Assembly (NCBI GenBank): GCA_043804895.1
Contig: JAZDIN010000007.1
Coordinates: 1 to 40,622 of the forward strand
DNA length: 40,622 nucleotides
Direction: 5' to 3'
DNA from: Candidatus Altiarchaeota archaeon
Lineage (GTDB): Archaea; Altiarchaeota; Altiarchaeia; IMC4; SCGC-AAA252-I15
Part shown: positions 9,242 through 19,700 of the stretch, piece after piece
How positions within the stretch are numbered: the stretch's first letter is position 1
Layout: each line of letters begins with the position of its first letter
Translations under genes and position numbers: made by a program
Notes under the pieces: generated by a model
Seen by the model: only the letters and a program-made list of their open reading frames with translations
Database searches by the model: none
What the model was told of the DNA's origin: nothing

Positions 9242-9859
9242 ATGATTCGGTTCAGGGAATGCTGGCCTCTCATAGCGATTTTGGCGGCCTTGACTTTGGC
9301 AGGGTATGTTATCTTCCTTCCATCTGCTCTAATCTTCAGCATGCTCCTCCTCTTCACCCTCTACTTCTTCAGGGACCCTGAGAGGAGGGTGCCATCTGGG
9401 GCTGGGTTGCTAGTCTCGCCTGCGGATGGCCGGGTCCTTGACGTCGAAGAGGTGAATGACTCCTTTGTCGGCAGTGGAAGGCGGCTTAGTATTTTCATGT
9501 CAGCGTTTGACGTGCATGTGAACAGGTCACCGTTTGGTGGGACTGTGAAGTCCGTGAGGCACACTCCCGGGAAAAAGGTAGTCGCCTACCTGAAGGGGGA
9601 GCTGAGTGCGAGGGAGCGAAACAGGATTGAGATGTCTGGGGGGTTCAACATTGCCGTGGAACAGTACGCTGGGATATTCGCAAGGAGGATTGTCTGCTAC
9701 GTGAGGGGGGGGCAGAGCGTGGCAGCAGGCGAGCGCATCGGGATGATAAAATTCGGCTCAAGGGTCGACGTGGTCATGCCTTTAAACGTGGAAGTTAAAG
9801 TCCGTAAGGGTGAGAGGGTGACTGCAGGAGAAACTGTGATAGGTGTTGTGAATGGTTAA
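9242..9859 (+). CDS. psd: Phosphatidylserine/archaetidylserine decarboxylase proenzyme
   Basis: FFRDPER, SPADG, IFMSAFDVHVNRSP, ARRIV and the KFGSRVD self-cleavage site. Confidence 0.93.
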   Translation: MIRFRECWPLIAILAALTLAGYVIFLPSALIFSMLLLFTLYFFRDPERRVPSGAGLLVSPADGRVLDVEEVNDSFVGSGRRLSIFMSAFDVHVNRSPFGGTVKSVRHTPGKKVVAYLKGELSARERNRIEMSGGFNIAVEQYAGIFARRIVCYVRGGQSVAAGERIGMIKFGSRVDVVMPLNVEVKVRKGERVTAGETVIGVVNG

Positions 9860-10490
9860 GCTTACAAGGCACATACCGAATTCGATGACGCTGTTCAACA
9901 TAGCAGTCGGCCTCGCCTCCATAATGCTCACCCTCTCAGGCGAGTACGAGAAGGCCGCTGGGATGATAATAGTCTCCGTTATAGTGGACACGTTCGACGG
10001 CTACGTGGCCCGCCTGTTCAATTCGACCAGCAGGTTCGGCGTCTACATGGACACGGTGTCGGACTTCCTGTCGTTCGGAATCGCCGCGCCCCTCCTCATG
10101 GTGAGGACGTTCGACGTGAGTCTCCTCGTCGCCTGCTTCTTCACCCTCTCATCAGCCTTCAGGCTCGTCTACTTCGTAAGGACCAAGAACCCGAAGTTCT
10201 TCTACGGCCTCCCCTCGACGGTGGCTGGCGGGTTCCTGGCTACATTGGCGATACTGAAGCCCCACCTGCCACTGCCTGTATGGGTTCTGATGTTCCTACT
10301 GTCCCTGATGATGCTGTCGAGGATAAAATACTACCGGCTAGATCTGAGGAGTAAGAGAACGTTGTCGATGATACTTGCTGTGTTCATGTACCTCTTCGTC
10401 CTCGACCTGATGCTCGCAGTCAACGCCGTCATGGCGACGTTCCTCGGCTACATTCTGTTCGGATGGCTTAAGATAAAGGAAGTAAAGTAG
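9852..10490 (+). CDS. pssA: CDP-alcohol phosphatidyltransferase (phosphatidylserine/archaetidylserine synthase)
   Basis: IPNSMT, DTFDGYVARLFNSTSRFGVYMDTVSD (CDP-OH transferase signature) and FYGLPS. Overlaps psd. Confidence 0.9.
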   Translation: MVKLTRHIPNSMTLFNIAVGLASIMLTLSGEYEKAAGMIIVSVIVDTFDGYVARLFNSTSRFGVYMDTVSDFLSFGIAAPLLMVRTFDVSLLVACFFTLSSAFRLVYFVRTKNPKFFYGLPSTVAGGFLATLAILKPHLPLPVWVLMFLLSLMMLSRIKYYRLDLRSKRTLSMILAVFMYLFVLDLMLAVNAVMATFLGYILFGWLKIKEVK

Positions 10491-10493
10491 CGA

Positions 10494-10742
10494 CTACTTC
10501 CTGAACGTGAAGCCGCAGGTCCTGGCATCCCTCACATCCTCCGGAGTGAGAGGGAACGCGCGGCAAATGTTCGGCCTGTGTTTGTATACCCTGCAGTAAC
10601 CCTTTTTGCTGGCGTAGAACGGGCAGGCATTGCAGCAGGCACCGCACCTGACGCATCTGCCTTCCCTTCTGGAATGTGTCTCACGGACTTTATGCCTTCT
10701 CAGATACCACACGATCCTGCGCCTAAGCCAGCCGTCAATCAT
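10494..10742 (-). CDS. YkgJ-family (CxxCxxCC) cysteine-cluster protein
   Basis: CVRCGACC..CPF...CRVYKHRPNICRAFP. Confidence 0.8.
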   Translation of the reverse strand: MIDGWLRRRIVWYLRRHKVRETHSRREGRCVRCGACCNACPFYASKKGYCRVYKHRPNICRAFPLTPEDVRDARTCGFTFRK

Positions 10743-10811
10743 CCATTAAGTAACGGATGGGTGATTTATATACCCCGAATATTATTTGTATAAAAAAGAG
10801 GTGATTCGGAC

Positions 10812-11255
10812 ATGGCTAAGGCGCTTGTGGGTAAAAGAATCGTTGCATTCTTGATTGATGGTATTATCCTACTTCCAATAATGGTGATTTTTAGTGTCGT
10901 TGGTGTGATTGCTTGTATGGCCGTGAGAATAATCTTTCCAAGAATTATAATTGGTGAAGTTGCTCTGTTAAGCCTCCTAATGTTTGTTGTCGTACCATTC
11001 GCGGTAATTGCATCCTTCATTATATACGGGCTGTTGAGGGACATACCGGGCGGAAGCAGAAGCATCGGGAAAAAAATCATGGGTCTCAAGGTTGTCAAGA
11101 ACGGAGCAGCATGTGACAAGAAAGGGCTCATACTACGTAATGTGACATTAGTCATACCCCTCATCAACCTTATAGACCTTGTCATGGGTCTCGTCGACAA
11201 GGACGGGTTGAGGATTGGGGATAAGATAGCGAAGACGGAGGTAGTGGAAGCGTAG
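10812..11255 (+). CDS. RDD family membrane protein
   Basis: KRIVAFLIDG, SIGKKIMGLKVV and RIGDKIAKTEVV motifs. GAGGTGA ribosome-binding site at 10798-10804. Confidence 0.9.
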   Translation: MAKALVGKRIVAFLIDGIILLPIMVIFSVVGVIACMAVRIIFPRIIIGEVALLSLLMFVVVPFAVIASFIIYGLLRDIPGGSRSIGKKIMGLKVVKNGAACDKKGLILRNVTLVIPLINLIDLVMGLVDKDGLRIGDKIAKTEVVEA

Positions 11256-11288
11256 GTGTCTCCCACTACTCTTAACATTTTTTAAAAT

Positions 11289-11864
11289 ATGGCTCCTGTC
11301 TGGGACCCTAAAAACAGCCCGCCGCAGACTGTGGTAGTGCGAGGCGAAAGGGAGGAGACTAAGGCATCAGCGCGAGAGTCCACAGCGAACCTGCAGGCAT
11401 ACGAGGAGCACATGAGGCTTGCAATCAACGTAGCCCGCGAAGGCGTCGCCAAAGGCCAGACTCCCTTCGGCGCATGCATCGTCAAGGACGGCCAGGTCCT
11501 CGCATCCGCCCACAACACAGTCTGGGAGACTAAGGACGTAACAGCACACGCGGAAGTGAATGCCATCAGAGAAGCCTGCAGGGTTCTCGGTTCAATCGAC
11601 CTTTCCGGCTGCGTCCTATACACCACCTGCGAGCCGTGTCCGATGTGTTTTTCCGCAGCCCACTGGGCGAGGATAACAAGGATAGTCTACGGCGCGACGG
11701 TAGGCGACGCGCAGAAGGCCGGCTTCAACAAACTGACGGTATCTGCCTTCGAGATGAAGCGCGCCGGAGGCAGCAAAGTGGAGATAATCGGCGGAATCCT
11801 AAGGCAGGAGTGCGTTGGAGTCATAAAGGAGTGGCTGAACCGACCAGACCACCTGACATATTAG
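11289..11864 (+). CDS. Zinc-dependent nucleoside/guanine deaminase (cytidine deaminase fold)
   Basis: PFGACIVKDG, HAEVNAIREA and CEPCPMC zinc motifs. About 35-aa N-terminal extension. Confidence 0.88.
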   Translation: MAPVWDPKNSPPQTVVVRGEREETKASARESTANLQAYEEHMRLAINVAREGVAKGQTPFGACIVKDGQVLASAHNTVWETKDVTAHAEVNAIREACRVLGSIDLSGCVLYTTCEPCPMCFSAAHWARITRIVYGATVGDAQKAGFNKLTVSAFEMKRAGGSKVEIIGGILRQECVGVIKEWLNRPDHLTY

Positions 11865-11888
11865 ATTATATTCACAATATTCTACTGT

Positions 11889-12668
11889 ATGGAAAGCCTG
11901 AGAAAGAACCTAGTGCTGGGCATAAGAGATTACATGCGAGAATACTGGTTCCAAAAGGTAGTACTCGGCCTCTCAGGCGGAGTCGACTCCGCGGTCACAG
12001 CATGCCTCGCAGCCGAATCGGCAGGCCATGAGAACGTCCTTGGGGTGTCGATGCCAGGGCCGTACTCCTCCAAGAACAGCCTAGTCGACGCGCAAAAGCT
12101 TGCCGAGAACTTGGGGATACACTACACTGTCATACCGATAACAGGACTCCACAAATCCTACCTTGCCTTACTCAAGGAAACGTTCAAAGGCACGGAACCC
12201 GGGATAACAGAGGAAAATATCCAAGCCAGAATCAGGGCTAACATACTCATGGCAATCTCCAACAAATTCGGCCACCTGGTCCTCGCCACAGGAAACAAGA
12301 GCGAACTCTACACCGGCTACTGCACACTCTACGGAGACCTCGCCGGAGGCCTCGCACCAATAGCAGGCCTCTACAAGAGCCAAGTCTACGAGCTTGCGCA
12401 GGAGATAAATCGGGGTGGAGAGGTTATACCGGAGTCGACAATTAAGAAGAAGCCGTCAGCTGAACTGAAGCAAGGCCAGACAGACCAGGATACGCTGCCA
12501 CCCTACAAGACCCTGGACAGGATACTACACTACCACGTCGACGAAAGACTCTCAGGGGAGGCGATTGCCAGGAAGGGATTCAACAAAAAAACCGTGAACT
12601 GGGTAATCAACGCAGTACAAAAAAGCGAATTCAAAAGACGACAAGCACCGCCTAAAATTAAACTGTAA
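11889..12668 (+). CDS. nadE: NAD+ synthetase (synthetase domain only)
   Basis: LGLSGGVDS, ENIQARIR, TGNKSE...GYCTLYGD, PSAEL...QTDQDTLPPY and EFKRRQAPP motifs. Confidence 0.93.
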   Translation: MESLRKNLVLGIRDYMREYWFQKVVLGLSGGVDSAVTACLAAESAGHENVLGVSMPGPYSSKNSLVDAQKLAENLGIHYTVIPITGLHKSYLALLKETFKGTEPGITEENIQARIRANILMAISNKFGHLVLATGNKSELYTGYCTLYGDLAGGLAPIAGLYKSQVYELAQEINRGGEVIPESTIKKKPSAELKQGQTDQDTLPPYKTLDRILHYHVDERLSGEAIARKGFNKKTVNWVINAVQKSEFKRRQAPPKIKL

Positions 12669-12686
12669 GTGTCGGAGGATGCAGTC

Positions 12687-14702
12687 TTAATATCCTCCTC
12701 CGATTATCTGCTCAGCATCTTCCTGGTCTAGTGTTTGCCCCCCTTCGAACCTGCCCAGGAACAGCTTATTAGCGAGGAATATCCGCAGGAGGGACACGGA
12801 GGTGTCTTCTTCATTAATACGGTTACTGGCGAACTTTGCTATCTTACCTGCCACTTCTTGGTTGACGGCCTCAGGTATGACGTCCTCATAGACAGCTAAA
12901 GGACTGAATAGCATCATCCCCAATGGGTGGGCTCTCCTAAACGCATTGACCTCCGCGGGTGTGTAAGTCTTCCCCACTCTAACCTCGTCCAATATACCAT
13001 TAATCTCATCATGGTCCCATCTTGTCCTCCCAGCAACCTTCAGCTGTTGCAAGGCCTTGTCAGCATTCCCTATCATCTGAGTCCGGTCTTCACCGTGGAC
13101 GATGAGTTGGGCGAACATGGGGTCATATCTGGTGATTGGGACCCCGCCAGAATATTCTCCCAACCCCCCAGCCTCCAAGCGCACGCTATCCGTATCAGAT
13201 GGCGCGTTGAAGCGCTCGATTATTGCAGGATAGCCTTCAATCTCTTTCGGATACCCTTGTTTTCTTCTCAGAAGTACGATGCGACCCTCCATCGCATTGC
13301 CTTCATGGGATACATTCTCCTGAGTGATGCCTAACTCATCAAGGGTCTTACCTGTTGCAAGCTCGAACTGCAGCCTTGGAAGATTAAGTTTTTCGCCGTT
13401 CACCCGGGTCACGGCCTCTGTCACTCCATGTTCAACCTGTAGGCGGGGGTTAACCTCCAAGAATGTGAGTCTGCCAGCTTCATCCACCAGGAACTCCACT
13501 GTGCCGATGCCGCGGTAGCCGATGGAGTTGATAAGTTTGACAGCGTCCTTTTGTATGTCCTCCAGTAGTTTTTTCTCAGCTAGAAGGTGTTCCTTCATTG
13601 TCGGATCATCCGTCTTAGCTAACGCCCTCTCATATTGTTCGACTGTCAGGGACTCCTCCAAAAGCTTCTGTCTGTGGATCTGGATGGTGCACTCCCTGCA
13701 CCCGAAGTGGACGGTCCTCCTCCCGTCGCTGGCAACCTGGACCTCAATATGTCGTGGGTTTTGGACGTCAGGCGCGACAAGGTAACCCTCAGCCCCAATA
13801 AAAGTATCCTGTCTAGCCTCTCCGCTATGACTTTTAATAAATGCATCAACTTCCTGCCTGCTGGAAACCACCCACTGGCCACGGCCACCGCCAGCAGTCT
13901 TCTTCTTAATCCTTAGGGGGTTGTCATCCCAATCCGCCTCATCCACCAACGTCACATTAGCCTCCCCTGCCTTGTTAAAGGTCTCATCAATTATCCTCCA
14001 TAAATCTTGAGCCCAATCTACGCCAGTAATGTCCTTTTCAGCCGCCAAACCCGCCAAGGCCTCTTTGACGTCCCCACCCCTCTTCTGGGCCTTGCATAAG
14101 AAAATCATCTTCTCACAAGCCAAAAGCGCCCTCCCCGCTTCATCGAATTCCTGTGTTGGTGTTACAGGCAGGCCCGCCATCTCAGCTTGGCGTTTGGCTT
14201 TAGCCTTATTACCCAACTCGTCCAGAACCCCCGGATTAGGGCCGGTGGTGCGTATGCCGGCCTTCCAGCATTTCGCAGCAAAAGAGTCGCTTTCTGAGAC
14301 GAAACCCCCCATACCCGGCCATACCGTGTTCGCGCCGACTTTTTTCGCAACCTCAACTATTGCGCCTTCATCTTTAGCGTAGGAGTCCACTACTGTGACT
14401 GAACTGTACAGGCTGGGGTCGTTAAGCCACTGCCCGAATGCGAAATCCAGCTTCTCGACTATCAGGTGGACTTCGCCTACGCCAGCACGTTTTGCCTCCC
14501 GTGCAGCAATCAAGGCGCCGGTACCCCGGCCAGCGATTAACAGCTTCATCTCACCCAGGTCTATTTTCTCGATGTCCCCTTCGGAGGCGATTGGCTTTCT
14601 TGTTTCAGGGCCTTTTAATTGGTCTGAACCAAAGCGCGTCGCATCCGGCTTGTATACTACCTCCTCCTTTGGCGTGTCCTTCGGGGGTTTCTCTTCGGCC
14701 AT
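12687..14702 (-). CDS. Divergent biotin carboxylase-like ATP-grasp protein
   Basis: GGGRG, RHIEVQ, REC(T)IQ..QKLLEE, GTVEFLV, FLEVNPRLQVEHGVTE and YDPMFAQLIVHG motifs, with insertions and terminal extensions. Confidence 0.85.
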   Translation of the reverse strand: MAEEKPPKDTPKEEVVYKPDATRFGSDQLKGPETRKPIASEGDIEKIDLGEMKLLIAGRGTGALIAAREAKRAGVGEVHLIVEKLDFAFGQWLNDPSLYSSVTVVDSYAKDEGAIVEVAKKVGANTVWPGMGGFVSESDSFAAKCWKAGIRTTGPNPGVLDELGNKAKAKRQAEMAGLPVTPTQEFDEAGRALLACEKMIFLCKAQKRGGDVKEALAGLAAEKDITGVDWAQDLWRIIDETFNKAGEANVTLVDEADWDDNPLRIKKKTAGGGRGQWVVSSRQEVDAFIKSHSGEARQDTFIGAEGYLVAPDVQNPRHIEVQVASDGRRTVHFGCRECTIQIHRQKLLEESLTVEQYERALAKTDDPTMKEHLLAEKKLLEDIQKDAVKLINSIGYRGIGTVEFLVDEAGRLTFLEVNPRLQVEHGVTEAVTRVNGEKLNLPRLQFELATGKTLDELGITQENVSHEGNAMEGRIVLLRRKQGYPKEIEGYPAIIERFNAPSDTDSVRLEAGGLGEYSGGVPITRYDPMFAQLIVHGEDRTQMIGNADKALQQLKVAGRTRWDHDEINGILDEVRVGKTYTPAEVNAFRRAHPLGMMLFSPLAVYEDVIPEAVNQEVAGKIAKFASNRINEEDTSVSLLRIFLANKLFLGRFEGGQTLDQEDAEQIIGGGY

Positions 14703-14744
14703 GTGTTGTTTATCGGGAAATATGAGAAAATAAATAGGTTGTTG

Positions 14745-15425
14745 TCATTTTCCAACCAGCTTCGCCTTCTTTATCATATACACTCCCGCGTTGTTGCGGA
14801 AGCTTGTTTCAGCCTCCTGGATTTCGACTCTCCTCCTGAAGAATGGGGTGTCGAGTACTGTCGTTTCGATTTCGCCTCCTTCGCCTGAGGGGTTAATCTT
14901 GTACTCGGCCTTCAGCTTCACGAGTTCTTCGATTGCCGCATCGTCGATGACTCGCCCAAGCCAGCTTTCATCGAACGGGTAGGCGAATACTCCTGAGATG
15001 ATTACCTTAAACTCTGATTCGACCAGCTCATGCAGCAACTTAACCTGGTCTATCCCCCACAGGGGATTGATGCACTCTAGACCTAGTTTGTCGCACAGTT
15101 TCCTAATCCTTTCGGCCTGGTAGACTGACGCTATCGCCCCGGTGACAACACCCTCAATACGATACTTGCCTTTAGCCTCCAGTATCGCATCCTCCAAGTC
15201 CGTGAGCTCCTCCTCTTTCACACCGGTCGTCGTCTTCTCCAGGAGCGGTAGGCCGATTGCCTCCGCCTGAAGTTTTGCCAGATTTATGTTGGGGGTGTGG
15301 AACATGTAGCTTTCAGGATTCCTGGAGATGAGAGTAATGAGGCAGACCACCTCATGAGCCTCCCCGGCCTTATACAACGCGTACGTCGAATCCTTACCGC
15401 CTGAGAAGAGTACTGCGACTCTCAT
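14745..15425 (-). CDS. dph6: Diphthine--ammonia ligase (PP-loop)
   Basis: MRVAVLFSGGKDS, SYMFH, GAIASVYQ, PLWG and GEGGEIETTVLD motifs. Start set at the ATG at 15425, just downstream of the helicase stop. Confidence 0.9.
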   Translation of the reverse strand: MRVAVLFSGGKDSTYALYKAGEAHEVVCLITLISRNPESYMFHTPNINLAKLQAEAIGLPLLEKTTTGVKEEELTDLEDAILEAKGKYRIEGVVTGAIASVYQAERIRKLCDKLGLECINPLWGIDQVKLLHELVESEFKVIISGVFAYPFDESWLGRVIDDAAIEELVKLKAEYKINPSGEGGEIETTVLDTPFFRRRVEIQEAETSFRNNAGVYMIKKAKLVGK

Positions 15426-15427
15426 TC

Positions 15428-16552
15428 TTACATCCTGAAATCCTGCGTGTTTGCTGGTGTTATCTTCGTTCTTGCGAAGTGTTCTATGCCCCATAGGTCG
15501 TGTATCTCCTGCGGGCTGATGAAGGAGATTGCCTTCCCGGATTTGCCGGCCCTGGCGGTTCTTCCTATCCTGTGGACGTAGTTTTCCTTCTCCCTTGGTA
15601 TGTCGTAGTTGAATACGTGGGATATGTCATCAACGTCGAGGCCTCGCGCGGCCACGTCGGTTGCTATGAGAATCTTTATCCTCTTCTTCCTGAAACCCTC
15701 CATCACATTGTCTCGTTGGTTCTGGGAGAGGTCTCCGTGTAGTGTGTCCACATTGAAGCCTCTCCTCATCATCAGGCTGGCCAGTGTGTCGGCCCATCTT
15801 TTGGTGTTGCAGAATATTATCGCGCTCTCGGGGTTCTCCTTCCTCATGACGTTGACGAAGGTGTCGAACTTCGCGGTCTTCGCTGTCTCGTAGTAGTACT
15901 GTTGTATGTCGTCTACTGTGCGCTCCTCTGATTCGATTGATATTACCTGCGGGTCGCACATCACGGAGCCTGCTAGGTCCCGTATCTCATCAGGGATTGT
16001 CGCGGAAAACAGCATAGTCTGCCGCTCTTTGGGCAGGTGGGATATTATCTCCCTAATGTCCTCTATGAATCCCATGTCAAGCATCCTGTCAGCCTCGTCC
16101 AAGACGAACATGCTGACCGCGTCTATTCGCAGCATCCTCCTGCCTATGAGGTCGAGTATCCTACCCGGGGTGCCGACTACGATGTGGACTCCCCCCTCCA
16201 ATGCCCTCGCCTGGTTGCCTATGCTCTTGCCGCCATAGAATGCGGCGACTTTAATCCTCTTCTTGTAGCCTACCTTCTTGACTTCGCCTGCGACCTGCTC
16301 GGCAAGCTCGCGCGTCGGCGTGATAATCAACGCCTGAACGTTCCTCTTGCCTTGATCTATCCTCTCCACTATCGGGATCGCAAACGCTAAAGTCTTACCG
16401 GTCCCGGTCTTCGCTTCCGCTATCAGGTCACATCCGCCCATGAGGACTGGTATGGCCTGGCCTTGAATCGGCATCGGCGTTTCCAAGCCGTGGTACGCTA
16501 AATCTTCTAATACGCTCTGACTCAAATTAAGGTCAGAGAATCCATTCTCCAT
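15428..16552 (-). CDS. DEAD-box RNA helicase (minimal two-domain core)
   Basis: Q motif, AKTGTGKT, PTRELA, TPGR, DEAD, SAT, ARGLD and HRIGRTAR motifs. Confidence 0.97.
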   Translation of the reverse strand: MENGFSDLNLSQSVLEDLAYHGLETPMPIQGQAIPVLMGGCDLIAEAKTGTGKTLAFAIPIVERIDQGKRNVQALIITPTRELAEQVAGEVKKVGYKKRIKVAAFYGGKSIGNQARALEGGVHIVVGTPGRILDLIGRRMLRIDAVSMFVLDEADRMLDMGFIEDIREIISHLPKERQTMLFSATIPDEIRDLAGSVMCDPQVISIESEERTVDDIQQYYYETAKTAKFDTFVNVMRKENPESAIIFCNTKRWADTLASLMMRRGFNVDTLHGDLSQNQRDNVMEGFRKKRIKILIATDVAARGLDVDDISHVFNYDIPREKENYVHRIGRTARAGKSGKAISFISPQEIHDLWGIEHFARTKITPANTQDFRM

Positions 16553-16740
16553 TCTAAATTACCTCTTTTAAATAGTCGTAGAATCAGGGATTATTGCATC
16601 AGTCAGAAAAACACTGTGAGCATTATTCTACTGTGAAATGTCTCTACCGAAATTCTACTCGCTGCAGTATATAATGCAACCCCTCCTTAAATACGGCTAA
16701 TTCGGGTTTATTTAATTTGTGAGGCGAATAGTTCAGCAGG

Positions 16741-19700
16741 ATGGACTTTCTGAAGGGTGCTAAGCTCGAATTGTTACACCTGCAGGCTGAGAACAGTCTC
16801 AAGAAGGGCGACTTCAGGTCTGCTTTGAAACACTACGAGGAGCTTTTCTCCATGTCCCTTGACGGCGCTGGGGAGGCGTCCGTCGCATACTACCTTGAGA
16901 GGATTGGCGACTGCTACGATAACCTCGACCACCACGGCCACAAGGAACGGATAGAAGACCACCGGAAGGCGGCTGAAAACTACGTTAAATCCGCTGACCG
17001 ATATAGGAAGTTGAGGAATCACGAGAAGGCGGGGGAGATATATGAGAAGGGCGCGAAGGCGTATGAGGAGGTGGATGACTTCACATCGGCTGCTGAGTTC
17101 TACAAGGAGTCTGCGACCATGTTCTCTGAAGTCAGGGACTACGTTAACGCGAGCTACGCCTACAACACGGCAGCAAGATACTACGAGAAGGACGGAAAAT
17201 TCGATGACGCAGCCAAGAACTATCAGGAGTCGGCTATATGCGACATGAGGATAAAGGACACGGCCAGCGCGGCCACGAGCTTCAAGAAGGCTGCGCAGAC
17301 GTATGAGAACGCGAAGAACTGGGCGAAGGCGATCGACGCCTACGCTGGGTCGGTCGAGATTGACTTGATAAACCGGCATTACCTGGACGTTGCGGACACA
17401 TACGATAGGATGGCTGACTGCTACTATGAGACGAACGACCAGAAGAACGCCGTCTACTATCACATAAAATCCGCGGAGCTTAAGGATGCGAACAGCGACA
17501 AGAACGGCGCTGGGTTAAGTTACAGGAAGGTGGGCACAATATACGAGAACGCAGGGGAATACGATCACTCGATAGAATACTTCCTTAAGTCTGCGAAGAA
17601 CTACTACGGCGCCAGCAGCTTCCAGCAGGAGGGGGCGTCGTACATGAACGCCGGCAGGGTTTATGAGTTGAAAGGCGATTTCGAAAAGGCTGGTGACTCA
17701 TACCTTGAGGCAGGAAAGTCCAATCGCGTCGGTAGGAACGAACCATTAGCCGAGGAGGGTTTCCTGAAGGCCGCGCAATCGTATTCGAAGGCCGCGGAAA
17801 AGACGGAAGACAAGGTAAAGTCAGCGGAGCTTAACATGAAGGCTGCACTCGCCTACAGTGAGATAAAGTCCTATGAGAGGTCGGCTGACTCATACAACAA
17901 GTACGCCGAGCTCATGTCAGCCGCAGGCGATAAGGTACACGCAGACGAAGGCTTCCGGAAGGCTGCGGAGGAGTACGTGAAAGGCGGGAAGATATGGGGG
18001 GCTGCGGAGGCGTACGTTAACCACGAGGACTACAAGAGGGCTTCTGAACTATACGACGCCCACGCCAACGAGAGGGCTGCCAAAAAAGACAACTTCGGCG
18101 CAGCAAACTCCTACATGGAGGCAGGCAACTGCTACAGGCGGCTTGGAAACGAGGCTGTGATGAAGGCCAGGCTCGAGCGTGCGGTATACTATTTCACTAA
18201 GTTCATAGAGGAGACGAAGGACAAGGACAAGTCTGAGAAGGCTATGCTGCTTCTGGGCGACTCATTCCGCAAAATCGGCGAATGCAACAAGACGCTGGCG
18301 GAGCTCATGGACGCGCAGCGGCACCTCACAAAGGCTGAGGAATACTACCTGAAAGCGAACGACGCCGACAGGCTGAACCTCGCCCGAGCCCTGAGGCTGA
18401 AGGTTGACGGAGTCAAGGCAATAGACCACGGATACTACCCTCAGGCTGAGGAGCTGCTCAGGGAGTCGCAGACTCTCCTTGATGCTTCCATCAAAAGCGG
18501 GGCATGGAAGCGGGAGTACGCGAAGATACTTGCCGAGGGTTTGGAGGAGGCGAAGGAGCTTGTCGAGAAGATAAAGCTGAAGCCTGAGGTGGTGCTCGAC
18601 GTCGACAGGTACTCGTACACGTTCCTGAACATCCCCGTCATACTCAACCTCACCCTGTCCAACAACGGCAAATACACGATGAAGGACGTGACGTTCCTAG
18701 AACACCTGCCTGAGGAGATTAAGCTGACGAAACTCCCAGAACACATGCCTGAGATAGTCTCCGGCGGCGTGAAGTCCTCATCCATCGAATTGAACCCAGC
18801 CAAAACCGGCCTACACATGCTCAAGCCGGTCGAGGTCTACTACGAGGACCAGAAAGGCCACAAGTACGTGAAGGCAAGCAACGAAGTCGTCCTCGAAGTA
18901 GTGGAGAGGCCGCCGACAGACTACAAGAACTACGCCAGCGCCTTGGAAATCTTCAGAAAATACGCGCAGTCCCAGGAGTCCAACAAAAACTGGTTCCAGG
19001 CAGGCGACGGGTACCGGCAGATGGCAGTCACCTACGGCCGCTTCAGAACAGACGAGACGCTGACCGGCTACCTGACCAAGTCTGTCGAGAACTACCGCAA
19101 ATACGTGGAAGCATACAGGAACCTGGGGGAGACTGACGACAAAACCAGGGTGAAGCGCCTTGCAGACGCCAACTGGTTCGCAGCCGAAGGCCTCAGGAAC
19201 CTGAACCAGATGGACGACTCAATCAGGCACTATGATGAGTCGATACCATTATACCGCCGCGGGAAGATGGAAAACCTCGCCAACCGCTCCGCTGCCTTGA
19301 AGCTGAAGTCAGAGGGTGTGAAGGCGATAAGGCTTGGCGACTACGGCAAGGCAGAAGGCAAACTGAATGAGGCGCTCGTATACATAGGCGAGGTAATAAA
19401 GGCAGGAGGGTACGACACAGACGGACTGGAGTTTTTGAAGAAAAACGAGGACGAGACAAGGAAGATGATAGAGACCGTCAAAGCCAAGCCAGAGATAAAC
19501 GTGATAGTGTCAGCTCCAAAATCAGCTCAACAAGGCGAGACCGTCACAATGAAAGCCACCATAACGAACCCGCTCGCACAAGACGTCCTGTCAGTGAGGC
19601 CTATGGTCAAGACCGTGGAAGGAGTAGAGGTGGTGGAGAACGCGAAACCGGTGGGCGGGTTGAAGGCAGGCGGTAGCGCGGACACGGAATTCAGGGTCAG

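Noticed and set aside
14745-15494. ORF-track longer starts for dph6 (15494), TM-wHTH (25969) and minor pilin (27499)
   Set aside because: The extensions overlap upstream genes. Downstream ATGs coincide with the family N-terminus or the signal peptide.
16741-18100. True alpha-SNAP orthologue with MoxR as NSF
   Set aside because: Generic TPR-like repeats can mimic SNAP, MoxR is a different AAA+ clade from NSF, and no SNARE-like gene is visible. Reported only as architectural resemblance.
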